A program made the translations under genes and the position numbers. A stretch of 63,763 bases of DNA, counting the filler, from Nemertoderma westbladi (taxonomy: Eukaryota; Animalia; Xenacoelomorpha): assembly GCA_032718475.1 (NCBI GenBank). It is 5 parts of 5 records of this genome, joined end to end, with 100 filler letters (N's around TTAATTAATTAA, not from the genome) between each part and the next. Parts side by side here need not be neighbours in the genome. Positions count along the whole stretch, not along the records: positions 1 to 14,951 come from JAUCBJ010000574.1; positions 15,052 to 32,796 come from JAUCBJ010004047.1; 3 more parts are not named here. The stretch is one strand, 5' to 3'. Below the pieces are notes generated by a model. The model made no database searches. It worked only from the letters and a program-made list of their open reading frames with translations, and was not told the DNA's origin. Position 1 is the first letter of the stretch, and every line of letters begins with the position of its first letter. This document shows, piece by piece, positions 12,750 through 25,600 of the stretch.

Positions 12750-14545
12750 TAAAAGCGCGAACAAGGTGACTTCACATTGCAGTGCTTATTAATCTGCTTC
12801 CAGAACTTTTGAGGATTCGGCTCATCACTTAGTAATGATTTAGCCATCTTTTCGTGCCCGCCCTTTTACATGAGCGAACAAGAGCCCGTTTGAATTGTGC
12901 TTTCGTGAGAATGTATTCAGAGTGAATAGAGCCTGCTTCGGCGACCCAACACTGTGCCACACTTTGAAAACCTCCCTAGCTTTCTCATGGTGTTGTTGAA
13001 CGTGATCATTCCACCCAGGAACGTGAGTTTCATTTTTATGATTTTTATTACTCTTTATAAAAGATTCACTGGCTGATGTAAGTACATTTATTGATACATC
13101 GTACATATAGTCACATCATTACGATCCTGTACACAAAGACTATTTGAATCATAAATTATTTGATTGGACAGAAAATTATTTAATCGCATGGAAATATTCT
13201 CACTATATCCTTCTTATTGCTGTTTGGATGTTTCCAATCGAACTGCTGCCGAGCTGTACCACGAGCTATATCCAGAGATTAATTTTTACCGGCATGTGGT
13301 CGATCGGATATAGTGAGATTGTACAACACTCCAATAGAAGATACTAAATTAACAGCACCTTTGCTACTAATAACATGGTCTAACCATGTAGTGTACGCAT
13401 GAGCATCACTAATGTAAGTGTGTTCTACGCATGTCCTTAGATCATCATAATGATGATGGGGTGATGATAACTCCACCTACGGGCTCCAGAAGTCGAGGAA
13501 ATCCTGCCAAGAACCTAACTGATCTAGACTTTGCTGGTGACTTAGGAGTTCTCTCAGAATCACTAGAGGGAGCCCAACGGCTCCTCAGCTCATTAGAACA
13601 TTAGAACATGCTGCTTCTAGTGTTGGTCTTTTTATTAACTCCAGAAAAACCAAAATTTTGACAGTTAACTTTGAAAGTCCTCAGCAAGTCTCCGATCGGA
13701 TGAGCATAAGCTCAAAAGATGGTATGCTTGAGCATGTGGATGACTTCTGTTACCTGGGATCATGGATCCGGAAGTCAGGTGAGGACCTTCGAATACGTAA
13801 GGGAAAGGCATTGGCAGCCTTGAATAGGCTTTCCAGGATTTGGAAATCACCGAGAATTAATCGGAAACTTAAGGTCCAGTTATTTAGAGCAGCAGTAGTT
13901 CCAGTACTCCTCTATGGGAGTCCATGCTGGGCTCTAACTGCTGAGGACACCAAATCTCTGGACGGCACATTCACAAGAATGCTACGCCGGGTTCATTGTG
14001 TCAAGTTCAATGCACACATCTCCAACCAGACACTATATAACATTGGAGGTGTCTCATTGGTTCCCCCAAGCTTGACACTAGAACAAAATCGCCTCCGCTT
14101 TGCAGGACATTGCTTTCGCCGTGAGGACCAGCCAGTGCATAATCTTGTACTTTAGCAGCCTCATGGAGTGAATAAGCATGGTGGACAGTCCATGACTTTC
14201 TTGAGACGCATCTTAATGGACACTGGCCTTGAAGATGCGGATGATCTAGCAAATGTCATGGGTGATAGGAAGTTGTGGCGGTGCAATTTTGTCGATAAGC
14301 CGGCACAGCATTCTTAAAAATGCAGCTGCAATGCAGCATGCCGATCCTAGTAGTAGTAGTAGTAACGTAAGTGTAATACACAATTTATTTATTGTCCTCA
14401 CAAATTCATCTAACTCAGTAAATGGATGGGCATTGGAGTCACCCAAAATTATTAGATTTGATTAGCTTTCACTTTCAATTATTGATTTATGCGTACCTAA
14501 ATAGGCAATTATATTCATCCCTATTAACGTGACAGTCGTAAGGCA
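12750..14545 (-). mobile_element. CR1/L2-group LINE fragment (endonuclease end and linker), interrupted by an RTE insertion
   Basis: Minus-strand motifs IILGDSNAH (~14440), TTWLDHVIS (~13380) and VPGWNDHV (~13010). Frameshifted. Confidence 0.75.
13477..14364 (+). mobile_element. RTE-clade LINE, 5'-truncated copy 1, (TAG)n tail
   Basis: VDDFCYLGSWI, VLLYGSPCW and RLRFAGHCFR motifs. Ends gatcctagtagtagtagtagta. Confidence 0.9.
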
Positions 14546-14598
14546 TTTACACATTAATAATTAACAGTTTTTCACCATTATTCAAATTAAAGCATGCA

Positions 14599-14662
14599 CC
14601 AGAGATGGACACGGGCCGGGCTAGCCCGCGGGCCGGGCCAGGTCGGGCTGGGCTTGGGCCGC
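14599..14662 (+). mobile_element. Possible hAT-like transposon terminus
   Basis: CAGAGATGG start followed by CGGGCCGGGC subterminal repeats. The other end is not in the contig. Confidence 0.35.
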
Positions 14663-14951
14663 ATTCTAATTATTGGAAAGCCCGCTATTGTTGAATAATT
14701 ATATTATTTAACAACCCAGTAAACAAAACACAAAAATCTGAAAATTTTTGTTACACTTTTTTTATCACAAAATTATGTATTTTTTTATCATGTGTATTTT
14801 ATTTTATTATAACTAGGGTTGTTTTATCATTTATTTTTATCTTTGTTACTGTTTTATTTTTGTTGCGTTTTTGTTTAATTTTGTTATAAATAAATAATTA
14901 AATAGAAGTTTAGATACTGTCTGACACAGACTGATAGTAGTTAGCAATATC

Positions 14952-15051
14952 NNNNNNNNNNNNNNNNNNNNNNNNNNNNNNNNNNNNNNNNNNNNTTAAT
15001 TAATTAANNNNNNNNNNNNNNNNNNNNNNNNNNNNNNNNNNNNNNNNNNNN
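14952..15051. other. Artificial contig linker
   Basis: N44-TTAATTAATTAA-N44 (stop codons in all six frames). Confidence 0.98.
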
Positions 15052-15109
15052 ATGAATAATTGGGTAGGTGTAAAACCTGATCCGGATCCGCGTTTTACTC
15101 TGACCCTGA

Positions 15110-16650
15110 ATAATGCGACCTAAGTAATTAAATTCATCCACAATATCAATCTTTGCACTGTAAAGATATATATCTGCATAAACACAATGTTTGCTGCACC
15201 TCGGAATGAAATATAAGCACTTTGTTTTTTTCTTATTAAATAATATGGAATTATTATTCGCAAAGTTTTCGGCCGACCTAACTAGACGTTGTAACCCAAA
15301 TATTGAATTGGACAGGAGCGATTAATCATCTGCATATCCAAGATGGTTCACCCTCGTACTACCTATTAAACACCCCACCCCTGTAAATGTTAAATCCTGA
15401 CTTAACCCATCAATGTATACATTAAACAATAGAGGGGATAAGACCCTACTACCCTGTCTTGTCCCATTTGTGACTGTAAACCTCGATGATGTAATACCAG
15501 CCCATCTAATGTACATCTCTTGCTCCTTATACCAAAAAATAAGCAATCGAACTAAATATACGGGGACTCCTCTATGTAGTAATTTACGAAACAACCCAAA
15601 ATAAAATGGTTTATACGATCAAAGGCCTTGCTAACGTCAAGCATACAGACAAACACCGGCGTATTTTGAGAGAGATAATAATTTATTACCTCCTTCAAAG
15701 CATATACGCACGCATGTCTCTGTACCCAATTTCGCCTTAAAGCCAAACTGGTTATCTGATGTACGTAGTTTATCTAAAATTCTATGATACGCTCTATAAG
15801 CTTTCCTAAAACAGATGAAATAGCAACGCCGCGATAATTATCCCTACTCGTAATATCACCCGTTTTATACTTAACTATCGGTATGATCTCTGATTCGATC
15901 ATCCCGTTTGGCAGATAACCGTGAATAAATATTGAGGTGTACAGCACAGATAAGACCTTAAGTAAATTAGCACTGCACCCATTAATTAAATGTTCAGAGG
16001 TCAACAAATCAGGACCGACTGACTTATTCATATTCAAACTGTATAGTAGCATCAAATACTTCCGAAATACTAACAACATCATTGTTCTTAAATATGGGAT
16101 TATAAAAAGAGTTAACTTTCGTAAAAACAAAATTTTTATCTGAATCATCGTTGACACAGTTCAAAAGTTGAGAAAAATGATCCCGCCACATTTCACTAAT
16201 AGCTGCTGCGCCCAGAGCACCCCCTACTTTAATCGGCGGGGGGCTGCTACTTGTGGTATGTTTTCTAGCTTGGTTCCAAAAATCTCTAGAACCACTGTCA
16301 CTCAAAAGGGCTTCCGTCATGTTTTAGTTTAGAATTTTCTGTTCGTTCTTTTTACAATGTCTAAGTGCTTTTTGGAAAGCTGCTCTGGAGCGCAGGTAGT
16401 CCCTATGAATATAACCCTGTCGTGGTGAGCCACATTCCCGCCAATTCTTAAATTTTTCTCTTGCCTCCTCATGCTTACTCCGCACGAAGTCATTCCACCC
16501 TGGAATGTGGTTATAGTTTTTACTACAATTATTGTTGTTCACCGGATATTTCTTAACATAACACTTTACGGAATTGTTAAGAATATCTTTAAAGTTATTG
16601 TATGACTGTCAATATTTGCACGATGAATTGCACAAATGGTATCTCTAGAT
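15110..16650 (-). mobile_element. CR1/L2-group LINE ORF2 fragment (RT), frameshifted
   Basis: IPGWNDFV, DNYRGVAIS, LDVSKAFDRI, GTRQGS.LSPLLFNVYID and NHLGYADD motifs. Confidence 0.88.
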
Positions 16651-16653
16651 TCT

Positions 16654-17078
16654 GTTAAGTGAATCTGGTATACTTATGTCTGATAAGTGAGTCTGATAAA
16701 CTTATGTCTGGTAAGTGAGTCTGGTAAACTTATGTCTGGTAAGTGAGTCTGGTAAACTAACATGCCTGGTGGGTGATTCTGGTAAACTTATGTCTGGTGA
16801 ATGAGTCTGGTAAACTAATGTTGCTGTTAAGTGAATCTGGTATACTTATGTCTGGTAAGTGACTCTGATAAACTTATGTCTGGTAAGTGAGTCTGGTAAA
16901 CTAACATGGCTGGTGGGTGATTCTGGTAAACGTATGTCCGGTGAATGAGTCTGGTAAACTAATGTTGCTGTTAAGTGAATCTGGTATACTTATGTCTGGT
17001 AAGTGAGTCTGATAAACTTATGTCTGGTAAGTGAGTCTTGTAAACTTATGTGTGGTAAGTGAGTCTGGTAAACTAACA
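16654..17078. repeat. ~28-bp minisatellite with higher-order structure
   Basis: Unit gtaagtgagtctggtaaacttatgtctg; variant blocks recur about every 170 nt. Confidence 0.9.
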
Positions 17079-18330
17079 TACTACTACTAGGATCGGCGTG
17101 CTGCATTGCAGCTGCATTTTTAAGAATGCTGTGCCGGCTTATCGACAAAATTGCACCTCCACATTGTCCACAACTCCCTATCACCCATGACATTTGCTAG
17201 ATCATCCGCATCTTCAAGGCCAGTGTCCTTTAAGATGCGTCTCAAGAAAGTCATGGGCTGTCCACCATGCTTATTCACTCCATGAGGCTACCAAAGTACA
17301 AGATTATGCACTGGCTGGTCCTCACGGCGAAAGCAATGTCCTGCAAAGCGGAGGCGATTTTGTTCTAGTGTCAAGCTTGGGGGAACCAATGAGACACCTC
17401 CAATGTTATATAGTGTCTGGTTGGAGATGTGTGCATTGTACTTGACACGATGAACCCGGCGTAGCATTCTTGTGAATGTGCCATCCAGAGATTTGGTGTC
17501 CTCAGCAGTTAGAGCCCAGCATGGACTCCCATAGAGGAGTACCGGTACTGGAACTACTGCTGCTCTAAATAATCGGGCCTTAAGTTTCCGATTAATTCTC
17601 GGTGACTTCCAAATCCTGGAAAGCCTATTCAAGGCTGCCCATGCCTTTCCCTTACGTATTCGAAGGTCCTCACCTGACTTCCGGATCCATGATCCCAGGT
17701 AACAGAAGTCGTCCACATGCTCAAGCATACCATCCTTTGAGCTTATGCTCATCCGATCAGAGACTTGCTGAGGACTTTCAAAGTTAACTGTCAGAATTTT
17801 GGTCTTTCTGGAGTTAATAAAAAGAACAACACTAGAAGCAGCCTGTTCTAATGAGCCGAGGAGCCGTTGGGCTCCCTCTAGTGATTCTGAGAGTACTCCT
17901 AAGTCATCAGCAAAGTCTAGATCAGTTAGGTACTTGGCAGGATTTCCTCGACTTCTGGAGCCAGTAGGTGGAGTTATCATCACCCCATCATCATTATGAT
18001 GATCTAAGGCCATGCGTAGAACATAGTCAACCACAATTATGAACAAGAATGGTGCAAGTGTGTCTCCCTGGAGGACGCCCCATAACACTTCAAATGGTTC
18101 TGTGTCACCGTCAACAGTAGACACAAATGTTGTCGAACCATCGTATACTGCTCTGATTGCTGCAATAATTTCATCAGGAATCCCATATAATGAAAGTATG
18201 CTGAACATACGTGAGCGAGAGACTGAATCAAAGGCCTTGAAGAAGTCAACAAAGATAACAGCCAGATGCCTGTCTTTCTTTTTTGATAACTCTTCAATTA
18301 TCCTTCTAAGTGCCAAAATGGGCTCCATGG
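17079..18330 (-). mobile_element. RTE-clade LINE, 5'-truncated copy 2
   Basis: ORF 17288-18328 with FVDFFKAFDSV, GVLQGDTLAPFLF and LDFADDL. (CTA)n tail at 17079. Confidence 0.92.
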
Positions 18331-19036
18331 TCCTAACCGGTGAGGCAGATGTACAGTCTACGGTGACAGACCAAACTCACGGGAAAACAATCCCCGCGCA
18401 GCGAATCCTAACTATCGCTAACGGACCTAAATACCGTAAACTTGCCGCGGTGTGATTTATATGGTTTATATACGAGCTAGTGGATTAACAGACTAGCGTA
18501 ACAATACTGACCTGTACTAAATCAGTCTAAAGGGGGGTCGTACCTAATGACCTAATTACTAAAACGTAAATACTCCCTTTGCCGTAACTAAATATCAGAT
18601 CCTAAATTTACAAACTACGAATAGCAAACTACAAATAGATTCTGCCTGAAAGTAACCTAAAGTAAGCTGCAACTAGTAGAGCTCTAAGGGTACATATGTT
18701 TTAGGGCGTGTGTGTGTGGGTGTGTTACAAATAAAACAATTTTGGTATACTCCATTGTACTAGGTTTTAAGTGATTTTCTGACCGAAACAATACCGTGCG
18801 CTAGCTACGAAAATAAGCTAGTCGCGCTCTGTAGAACTTTATACTCACAAATGACATCAAAGCTCTCTCCTTCCTATCCACAACTCAACCGGGCAATTAC
18901 GGTGTTAATAACTACACCCCTGATCGGCACAAATACCAGATTCTGGTTGTAAGAGAAGAAATAGGGGTTAATTGCTACCGTACGTTAGCTGATCTGGTAT
19001 ACAATTTGATTCTAGAATTTTGTTGCCGCGGTGGTT

Positions 19037-21064
19037 TTTTTTTTTTTTTACATTAATATTTCTTTAATTACGGGCAAACAGGGCAAAGCCCTATATCCTG
19101 CCCTCACGGGTTTGTTACATGATACACCACCAACAAATTCATGATAAACATACTATTATTAAATATAGATATATTATTTCTGTACAGACAGATATTTGCA
19201 GCGCATACCCAACAAGAGCGCCGGTGAAAACCTCACAGTCACAATCCTAGTCATAGCTATGGCTAGTCTAGGCTATTGTATATTCCACGATTACCCTACA
19301 TACATAGTTTACAAGAAGGGTAGAAGAGCAAAGTTAAATTAGATATATTACATACAACAAATAATTGTGCGTTGTGGGGCGAGCCACGAAGTTGGCGGAG
19401 CCTTAGCGAATTGACACTGTTAGGGGGTGGGTCAATTTATGCAAATAGTTGTCGTCGTCGTCGTTGTCGTCGTCGTCGTCGTCGTTGTCGTCGTCGTTAC
19501 GATTTTGACATGCTAATAACTTTGTCGGATTTAAAGCTGCCAAGTTGAAAATTTGTAGGTATCAATATGAGCAAAAGTTGAGATTTTTGAGAGACTTTCA
19601 GACACCATCAGTGCAATGGTCTCCCGCTAGAGGGCCACATGTCTAAACATTAAATGCCCTCCCATTTCTTTGCTTTTAATCCGTTTAAGCTGAAACTTGG
19701 CAGATATGTATTAGACCATTAGCTGTGACTTTCAAAGGAGGCGAATCCATCTGCAGTTCTCCAGTCTGCCGCTAGAGGGCCAAAGGTCTGAAAGTGAAAT
19801 CGTTGTCGTCGTTACGATTTTGACATGCTAATAACTTTGTCGGATTTAAAGCTGCCAAGTTGAAAATTTGTAGGTATCAATATCAGCTAAAGTTGAGATT
19901 TTTGAGAGACTTTCAGACACCATCAGTGCAATGGTCTCCCGCTAGAGGGTCACACATGTCTAAACATTAAATGCCCTCCCATTTCTTTGCTTTTAATCCG
20001 TTTAAGCTGAAACTTGGCAGATATGTATTAGACCATTAGCTGTGACTTTCAAAGGAGGCGAATCCATCTGCAGTTCTCCAGTCTGCCGCTAGAGGGCCAA
20101 ATGTCTGAAAGTGAAATCGTTGTCGTCGTTATGATATTGACATGCTTATAACTTTGTCGAATTTAAAGCTGCCAAGTTGAAAATTTGTTTTGTTAAAAAT
20201 CAGTTCAACAGTCACCCGCTATAGGACTACTTTATGCCTGAAAGTGAATAGATTCTCCCGTCTCATTGATTTTAATCAGTTTAAGCTGAATCTTGCCATA
20301 TATTCTGGACCACATGCTGCGTCTTTGTGGGGGGGGGGGGGGGGGAGATTTAATCGGTCTGCCGCTATACGACGAAATTTCTGAAAGTGAGATCCGTCTC
20401 TCATTTCGTTATCCGTTATTCAAGATGAAACTTGGCCGATGTACGTATGTACTATTCATCCATAGGCTGTGTCTTTGTGGGGCTGGAGACCCTAATCCAT
20501 CTTCAGTTCTCACTATACCGCTAGAGTCAGAAATGTCTGAATAGAAATGAAAGAGGTAAAAAGTGATTAGGCGAAATCTGCTTAAAATTTGCTAATACAG
20601 TAATACTTTCGAATTAGTACTTAAATTAAATTTAAGTCACGTGCTGCGCGAAGGCCCCACTTCGTGTTATACTGTACGTACATATAAATAGTTCCAACAC
20701 GAAAGTGAATGCTCTCAATTTATTCACAGTATATTTTTAGGTCCAAAAATACATTTGATTAGAAGTGCTAATTTATTTATTAATTTGGAATTTTTTGTAG
20801 TTCTCTACACACTAGAGCCTTTATAGTTTATATTTCAACTGAGCTAAATCGTTTAGAGTCCAATATATATTTTGATACTGCATTAATAAGTTTGTTCAGA
20901 TCCTTACATTTCTGGCCGTATAGGATTGATTTTAAGGTGATTGGTAAGTTTAGTGAGTTTAATTTGTCAACTAGGTTATGGCGGTGACTGGTGAATTCGG
21001 TGCATGAAAAGAAAAAGTGGTCTGGTGTTTCTCTGGTATCTAATCGGCAGAACGCACGCACGCA
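19037..21064 (-). mobile_element. 3' end of a CR1-like LINE with poly(A) tail and target-site duplication
   Basis: ETPDHFFFSCTEF...R..L C-terminal motif (~21020). Poly-T on plus at ~19035. cgcggtggtt is duplicated at 19027-19036 and 21065-21074. Confidence 0.65.
19365..20675 (+). mobile_element. Helentron/DINE-like non-autonomous element with internal ~315-bp tandem repeats
   Basis: Subterminal gtggggc...gccccac inverted motifs and a (GTC)n microsatellite at ~19450. Repeat units start at ~19495, ~19810 and ~20127, each made of two related ~155-bp halves. Confidence 0.6.
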
Positions 21065-22036
21065 CGCGGTGGTTAGCAGCAATACCTATCAGTACGTGGC
21101 AAGGCGCGGTAGGATATTAATAAACATCCCTAGGCCAAGCGAGTGCCGGTAGCAGAAATACTCCTTGCCTGATCAAATAACGTGGGTTCAGGCAGGGGGG
21201 GTACTAAATGTATAAACTACAAAGTGAAACCGGTACCGAACTGTCAGTATCGCAAGTCACTAAATTATGGAACGTATGCTGTCTGTACCTAATGTGTACT
21301 TGCGTACTGACGAACAGCAATAGTTCACACCTGTAGGGAATACAGGTTAATCCGGGGACTTGTAGTACTGGTTCCTGCTTTGAGGCCTAGCTATTTGATC
21401 CTAAATTTTGCGGCGTCCCAGGACGGCGTCACGCTTACCCTGATCTATAGGTCTTACGGCGGGCAAGGGCGTCAAACAAAGTCTTACCTTCCTCTGAATC
21501 GGGCGCTGCATGGCAAAGGTGGAGCATTTCGAAGGGGCGAAGGGGGTGCGCGGGCTAATCTAATGTGGGCGCTAGCGTGTTGTGGACATCTTCCCTGCGT
21601 TGCTGACGGCCTAACGGTCTAGGCTGCCATCTTCCAAATGCTTGGCTGTCCCAGTGGTGGGCAAAGATAAATATACATGTTCAAAGTTTACAGTATATTT
21701 ACGTAATTTACAAAAGATTTATTAACCAAATTTACATAATTCCCAGAAGGGTGATAACTAAGATATTATCCTAATGAGAATGATGTTAGAAATAACAAGG
21801 TGTAAGATTAGTGGTAAGAGTGATAAGAGTGATAACCGAAGGCAAACCAGCCCTTATATAGCATATCTGGGACATAGAATCCGCTGGAACCTTCCAGAGC
21901 ATTCCATGGCCTCACATTGGAGCAATAAGATGTTCTATGCCCTATGATTGGCCCAACTCATCGTTCCATATGTTGTACGCACCTCATTGGCTTATCTAAT
22001 TAAATCAAGGCGAAAATTAGCCCAAAAATGCAAATT

Positions 22037-22108
22037 TCCCGACTGGGATTCCAACTCGTAACCTACTTGTAATGTAACCAACGCCTTAACCATCTGACCA
22101 CTGCGCCA
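22037..22108 (-). mobile_element. tRNA-derived SINE head or tRNA pseudogene
   Basis: Minus strand ggcgcagTGGTCAGATGGttaaggcg...gaGTTGGAATCCcag: an A box and a degenerate B box. No clean cloverleaf. Confidence 0.5.
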
Positions 22109-22481
22109 ATAGAGTTACCTATGGGTTTATATGTACCAATATGAATAGGCATATTACATTACTGTAATTTAATCAAAATGCGTCGGATTTTAGAAAGTTT
22201 TTACGTTAAGCTACAAATGCTACCTTATAGTGAAATAATCCATCACCTCCCGAAAGGCCAACTAGTATCCACTAACCCAAGGGTCAATAAATTATAATAT
22301 AATAACCGGAGATGGAAGCCACATACATGTGAAATACCAAAACACGGCAGGAATAAAAGGCAAATTAATCAGCCGCTTACAACCCAAATGTATTTAGCAG
22401 AAGCATATGACACTGGCATCGCTACAATAACTGGTGACAAACGTGCCGTTAATTATCCAACTCTTGTGTTTCACTTTTCAG

Positions 22482-22611
22482 TTTAGAGAAACAACTTATT
22501 AGGGAAGAACGGGACTCACTGATGCGGAAATTAGTGGAATGTGAGTTGGAAGGGGAGGCGGCGGCGACCCACTTATCGGCTCTAAAAGATAGTCTACATC
22601 GAATGGACGAG
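22482..22611 (+). CDS. ODF2: Internal coding exon of an ODF2/cenexin-family gene (not in the ORF track)
   Basis: Acceptor cacttttcag, donor GAG|gtatgt. Encodes LEKQLIREERDSLMRKLVECELEGEAAATHLSALKDSLHRMDE, matching from memory the ODF2 segment EKECLMSKLVEAEMDGAAAAKQVMALKDTIGKL. Confidence 0.75.
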
Positions 22612-25600
22612 GTATGTAGGTAGAGAGTGAGTCTACATCGAATTGACGAGGTATGTAGGTAGAGAGTGAGTCTACATCGAATGGACGAGGTATGTAGGTA
22701 GAGAGTGAGTCTACATCGAATGGACGAGGTATGTAGGTAGAGAGTGAGTCTACATCGAATTGACGAGGTATGTAGGTAGAGAGTGAGTCTACATCGAATG
22801 GACGAGGTATGTAGGTAGAGAGTGAGTCTACATCGAATGGACGAGGTATGTAGGTAGAGAGTGAGTCTACATCGAATTGACGAGGTATGTAGGTAGAGAG
22901 TGAGTCTACATCGAATGGACGAGGTATGTAGGTAGAGAGTGAGTCTACATCGAATGGACGAGGTATGTAGGTAGAGAGTGAGTCTACATCGAATGGACGA
23001 GGTATGTAGGTAGAGAGTGAGTCTACATCGAATGGACGAGGTATGTAGGTAGAGAGTGAGTCTACATCGAATTGACGAGGTATGTAGGTAGAGAGTGAGT
23101 CTACATCGAATTGACGAGGTATGTAGGTAGAGAGTGAGTCTACATCGAATGGACGAGGTATGTAGGTAGAGAGTGAGTCTACATCGAATGGACGAGGTAT
23201 GTAGGTAGAGAGTGAGTCTACATCGAATGGACGAGGTATGTAGGTAGAGAGTGAGTCTACATCGAATGGACGAGGTATGTAGGTAGAGAGTGAGTCTACA
23301 TCGAATGGACGAGGTATGTAGGTAGATAGTGAGTCTACATCGAATGGACGATGTATGTAGGTAGAGAGTGAGTCTACATCGAATGGACGAGGTATGTAGG
23401 TAGATAGTGAGTCTACATCGAATGGACGAGGTATGTAGGTAGAGAGTGAGTCTACATCGAATGGACGAGGTATGTAGGTAGAGAGTCTACATCGAATGGA
23501 CGAGGTATGTAGGTAGAGAGTGAGTCTACATCGAATGGACGAGGTATGTAGGTAGAGAGTCTACATCGAATGGACGAGGTATGTAGGTAGAGAGTGAGTC
23601 TACATCGAATGGACGATGTATGTAGGTAGAGAGTGAGTCTACATCGAATGGACGAGGTATGTAGGTAGAGAGTCTACATCGAATGGACGAGGTATGTAGG
23701 TAGAGAGTGAGTCTACATCGAATGGACGAGGTATGTAGGTAGAGAGTTAGTCTACATCGAATGGACGAGGTATGTAGGTAGAGAGTGCGTCTACATCGAA
23801 TGGACGAGGTATGTAGGTAGAGAGTGAGTCTACATCGAATGGACGAGGTATGTAGGTAGAGAGTGAGTCTACATCGAAAGGGTCGAGGTATGTAGGTATA
23901 GAGTGAGTCTACATCGAATGGACGAGGTATGTAGGTAGAGAGTTAGTCTACATCGAATGGACGAGGTATGTAGGTAGAGAGTGCGTCTACATCGAATGGA
24001 CGAGGTATGTAGATAGAGAGTGAGTCTACATCGAATGGACGAGGTATGTAGGTAGAGAGTGAGTCTACATCGAATGGACGAGGTATGTAGGTAGAGAGTG
24101 AGTCTACATCGAATAGACGAGGTATGTAGGTAGAGAGTTAGTCTACATCGAATGGACGAGGTATGTAGGTAGAGAGTGCGTCTACATCGAATGGACGAGG
24201 TATGTAGATAGAGAGTGAGTCTACATCGAATGGACGAGGTATGTAGGTAGAGAGTGCGTCTACATCGAATGGACGAGGTATGTAGATAGAGAGTGAGTCT
24301 ACATCGAATGGACGAGGTATGTAGGTAGAGAGTGAGTCTACATCGAATGGACGAGGTATGTAGGTAGAGAGTGCGTCTACATCGAATTAACGAGGTATGT
24401 AGGTAGAGAGTGAGTCTACATCGAATGGACGAGGTATGTAGGTAGAGAGTGCGTCTACATCGAATGGACGAGGTATGTAGATAGAGAGTGAGTCTACATC
24501 GAATGGACGAGGTATGTAGGTAGAGAGTGAGTCTACATCGAAAGGGTCGAGGTATGTAGGTATAGAGTGAGTCTACATCGAATGGACGAGGTATGTAGGT
24601 AGAGAGTGAGTCTACATCGAATGGACGAGGTATGTAGGTAGAGAGTGCGTCTACATCGAATGGACGAGGTATGTAGATAGAGAGTGAGTCTACATCGAAT
24701 GGACGAGGTATGTAGGTAGAGAGTGAGTCTACATCGAATGGACGAGGTATGTAGGTAGAGAGTGAGTCTACATCGAATGGACGAGGTATGTAGGTAGAGA
24801 GTGAGTCTACATCGAATGGACGAGGTATGTAGGTAGAGAGTTAGTCTACATCGAATGGACGAGGTATGTAGGTAGAGAGTGAGTCTACATCGAATGGACG
24901 AGGTATGTAGGTAGAGAGTGCGTCTACATCGAATGGACGAGGTATGTAGATAGAGAGTGAGTCTACATCGAATGGACGAGGTATGTAGGTAGAGAGTGAG
25001 TCTACATCGAATGGACGAGGTATGTAGGTAGAGAGTGAGTCTACATCGAATGGACGAGGTATGTAGGTAGAGAGTGAGTCTACATCGAATGGACGAGGTA
25101 TGTAGGTAGAGAGTTAGTCTACATCGAATGGACGAGGTATGTAGGTAGAGAGTGAGTCTACATCGAATGGACGATGTATGTAGGTAGAGAGTGAGTCTAC
25201 ATCGAATGGACGAGGTATGTAGGTAGAGAGTGAGTCTACATCGAATGGACGAGTCATATAGGTAAAGAGTTAGTCTACATCGAATGGACGAGGTATGTAG
25301 GTAGAGAGTGCGTCTACATCGAATGGACGAGGTATGTAGGTAGAGAGTTCGTCTACATCGAATGGACGAGGTATGTAGGTAGAGAGTTCGTCTACATCGA
25401 ATGGACGAGGTATGTAGGTAGAAAGTCTACATCGAATGGACGAGGTATGTAGGTAGAGAGTGCGTCTACATCGAATGGACGAGGTATGTAGGTAGAGAGT
25501 TCGTCTACATCGAATGGACGAGGTATGTAGGTAGAGAGTTCGTCTACATCGAATGGACGAGGTATGTAGGTAGAAAGTCTACATCGAATGGACGAGGTAT

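Larger units (their letters stand above)
18331..21660 (-). repeat. Diverged copy of the 1500-2730 repeat, split by nested insertions at 19037-21064
   Basis: Collinear homology of 18331-19030 and 21065-21650 (reverse complement) with 1560-2730. Confidence 0.7.

Noticed and set aside
14952-15051. TTAATTAATTAA as a biological motif, or synteny across N runs
   Set aside because: Identical artificial linker at four positions; the flanking contigs are unrelated.
22037-22108. Functional tRNA gene
   Set aside because: The B box is mutated and the acceptor and anticodon stems do not pair; kept only as SINE-like.
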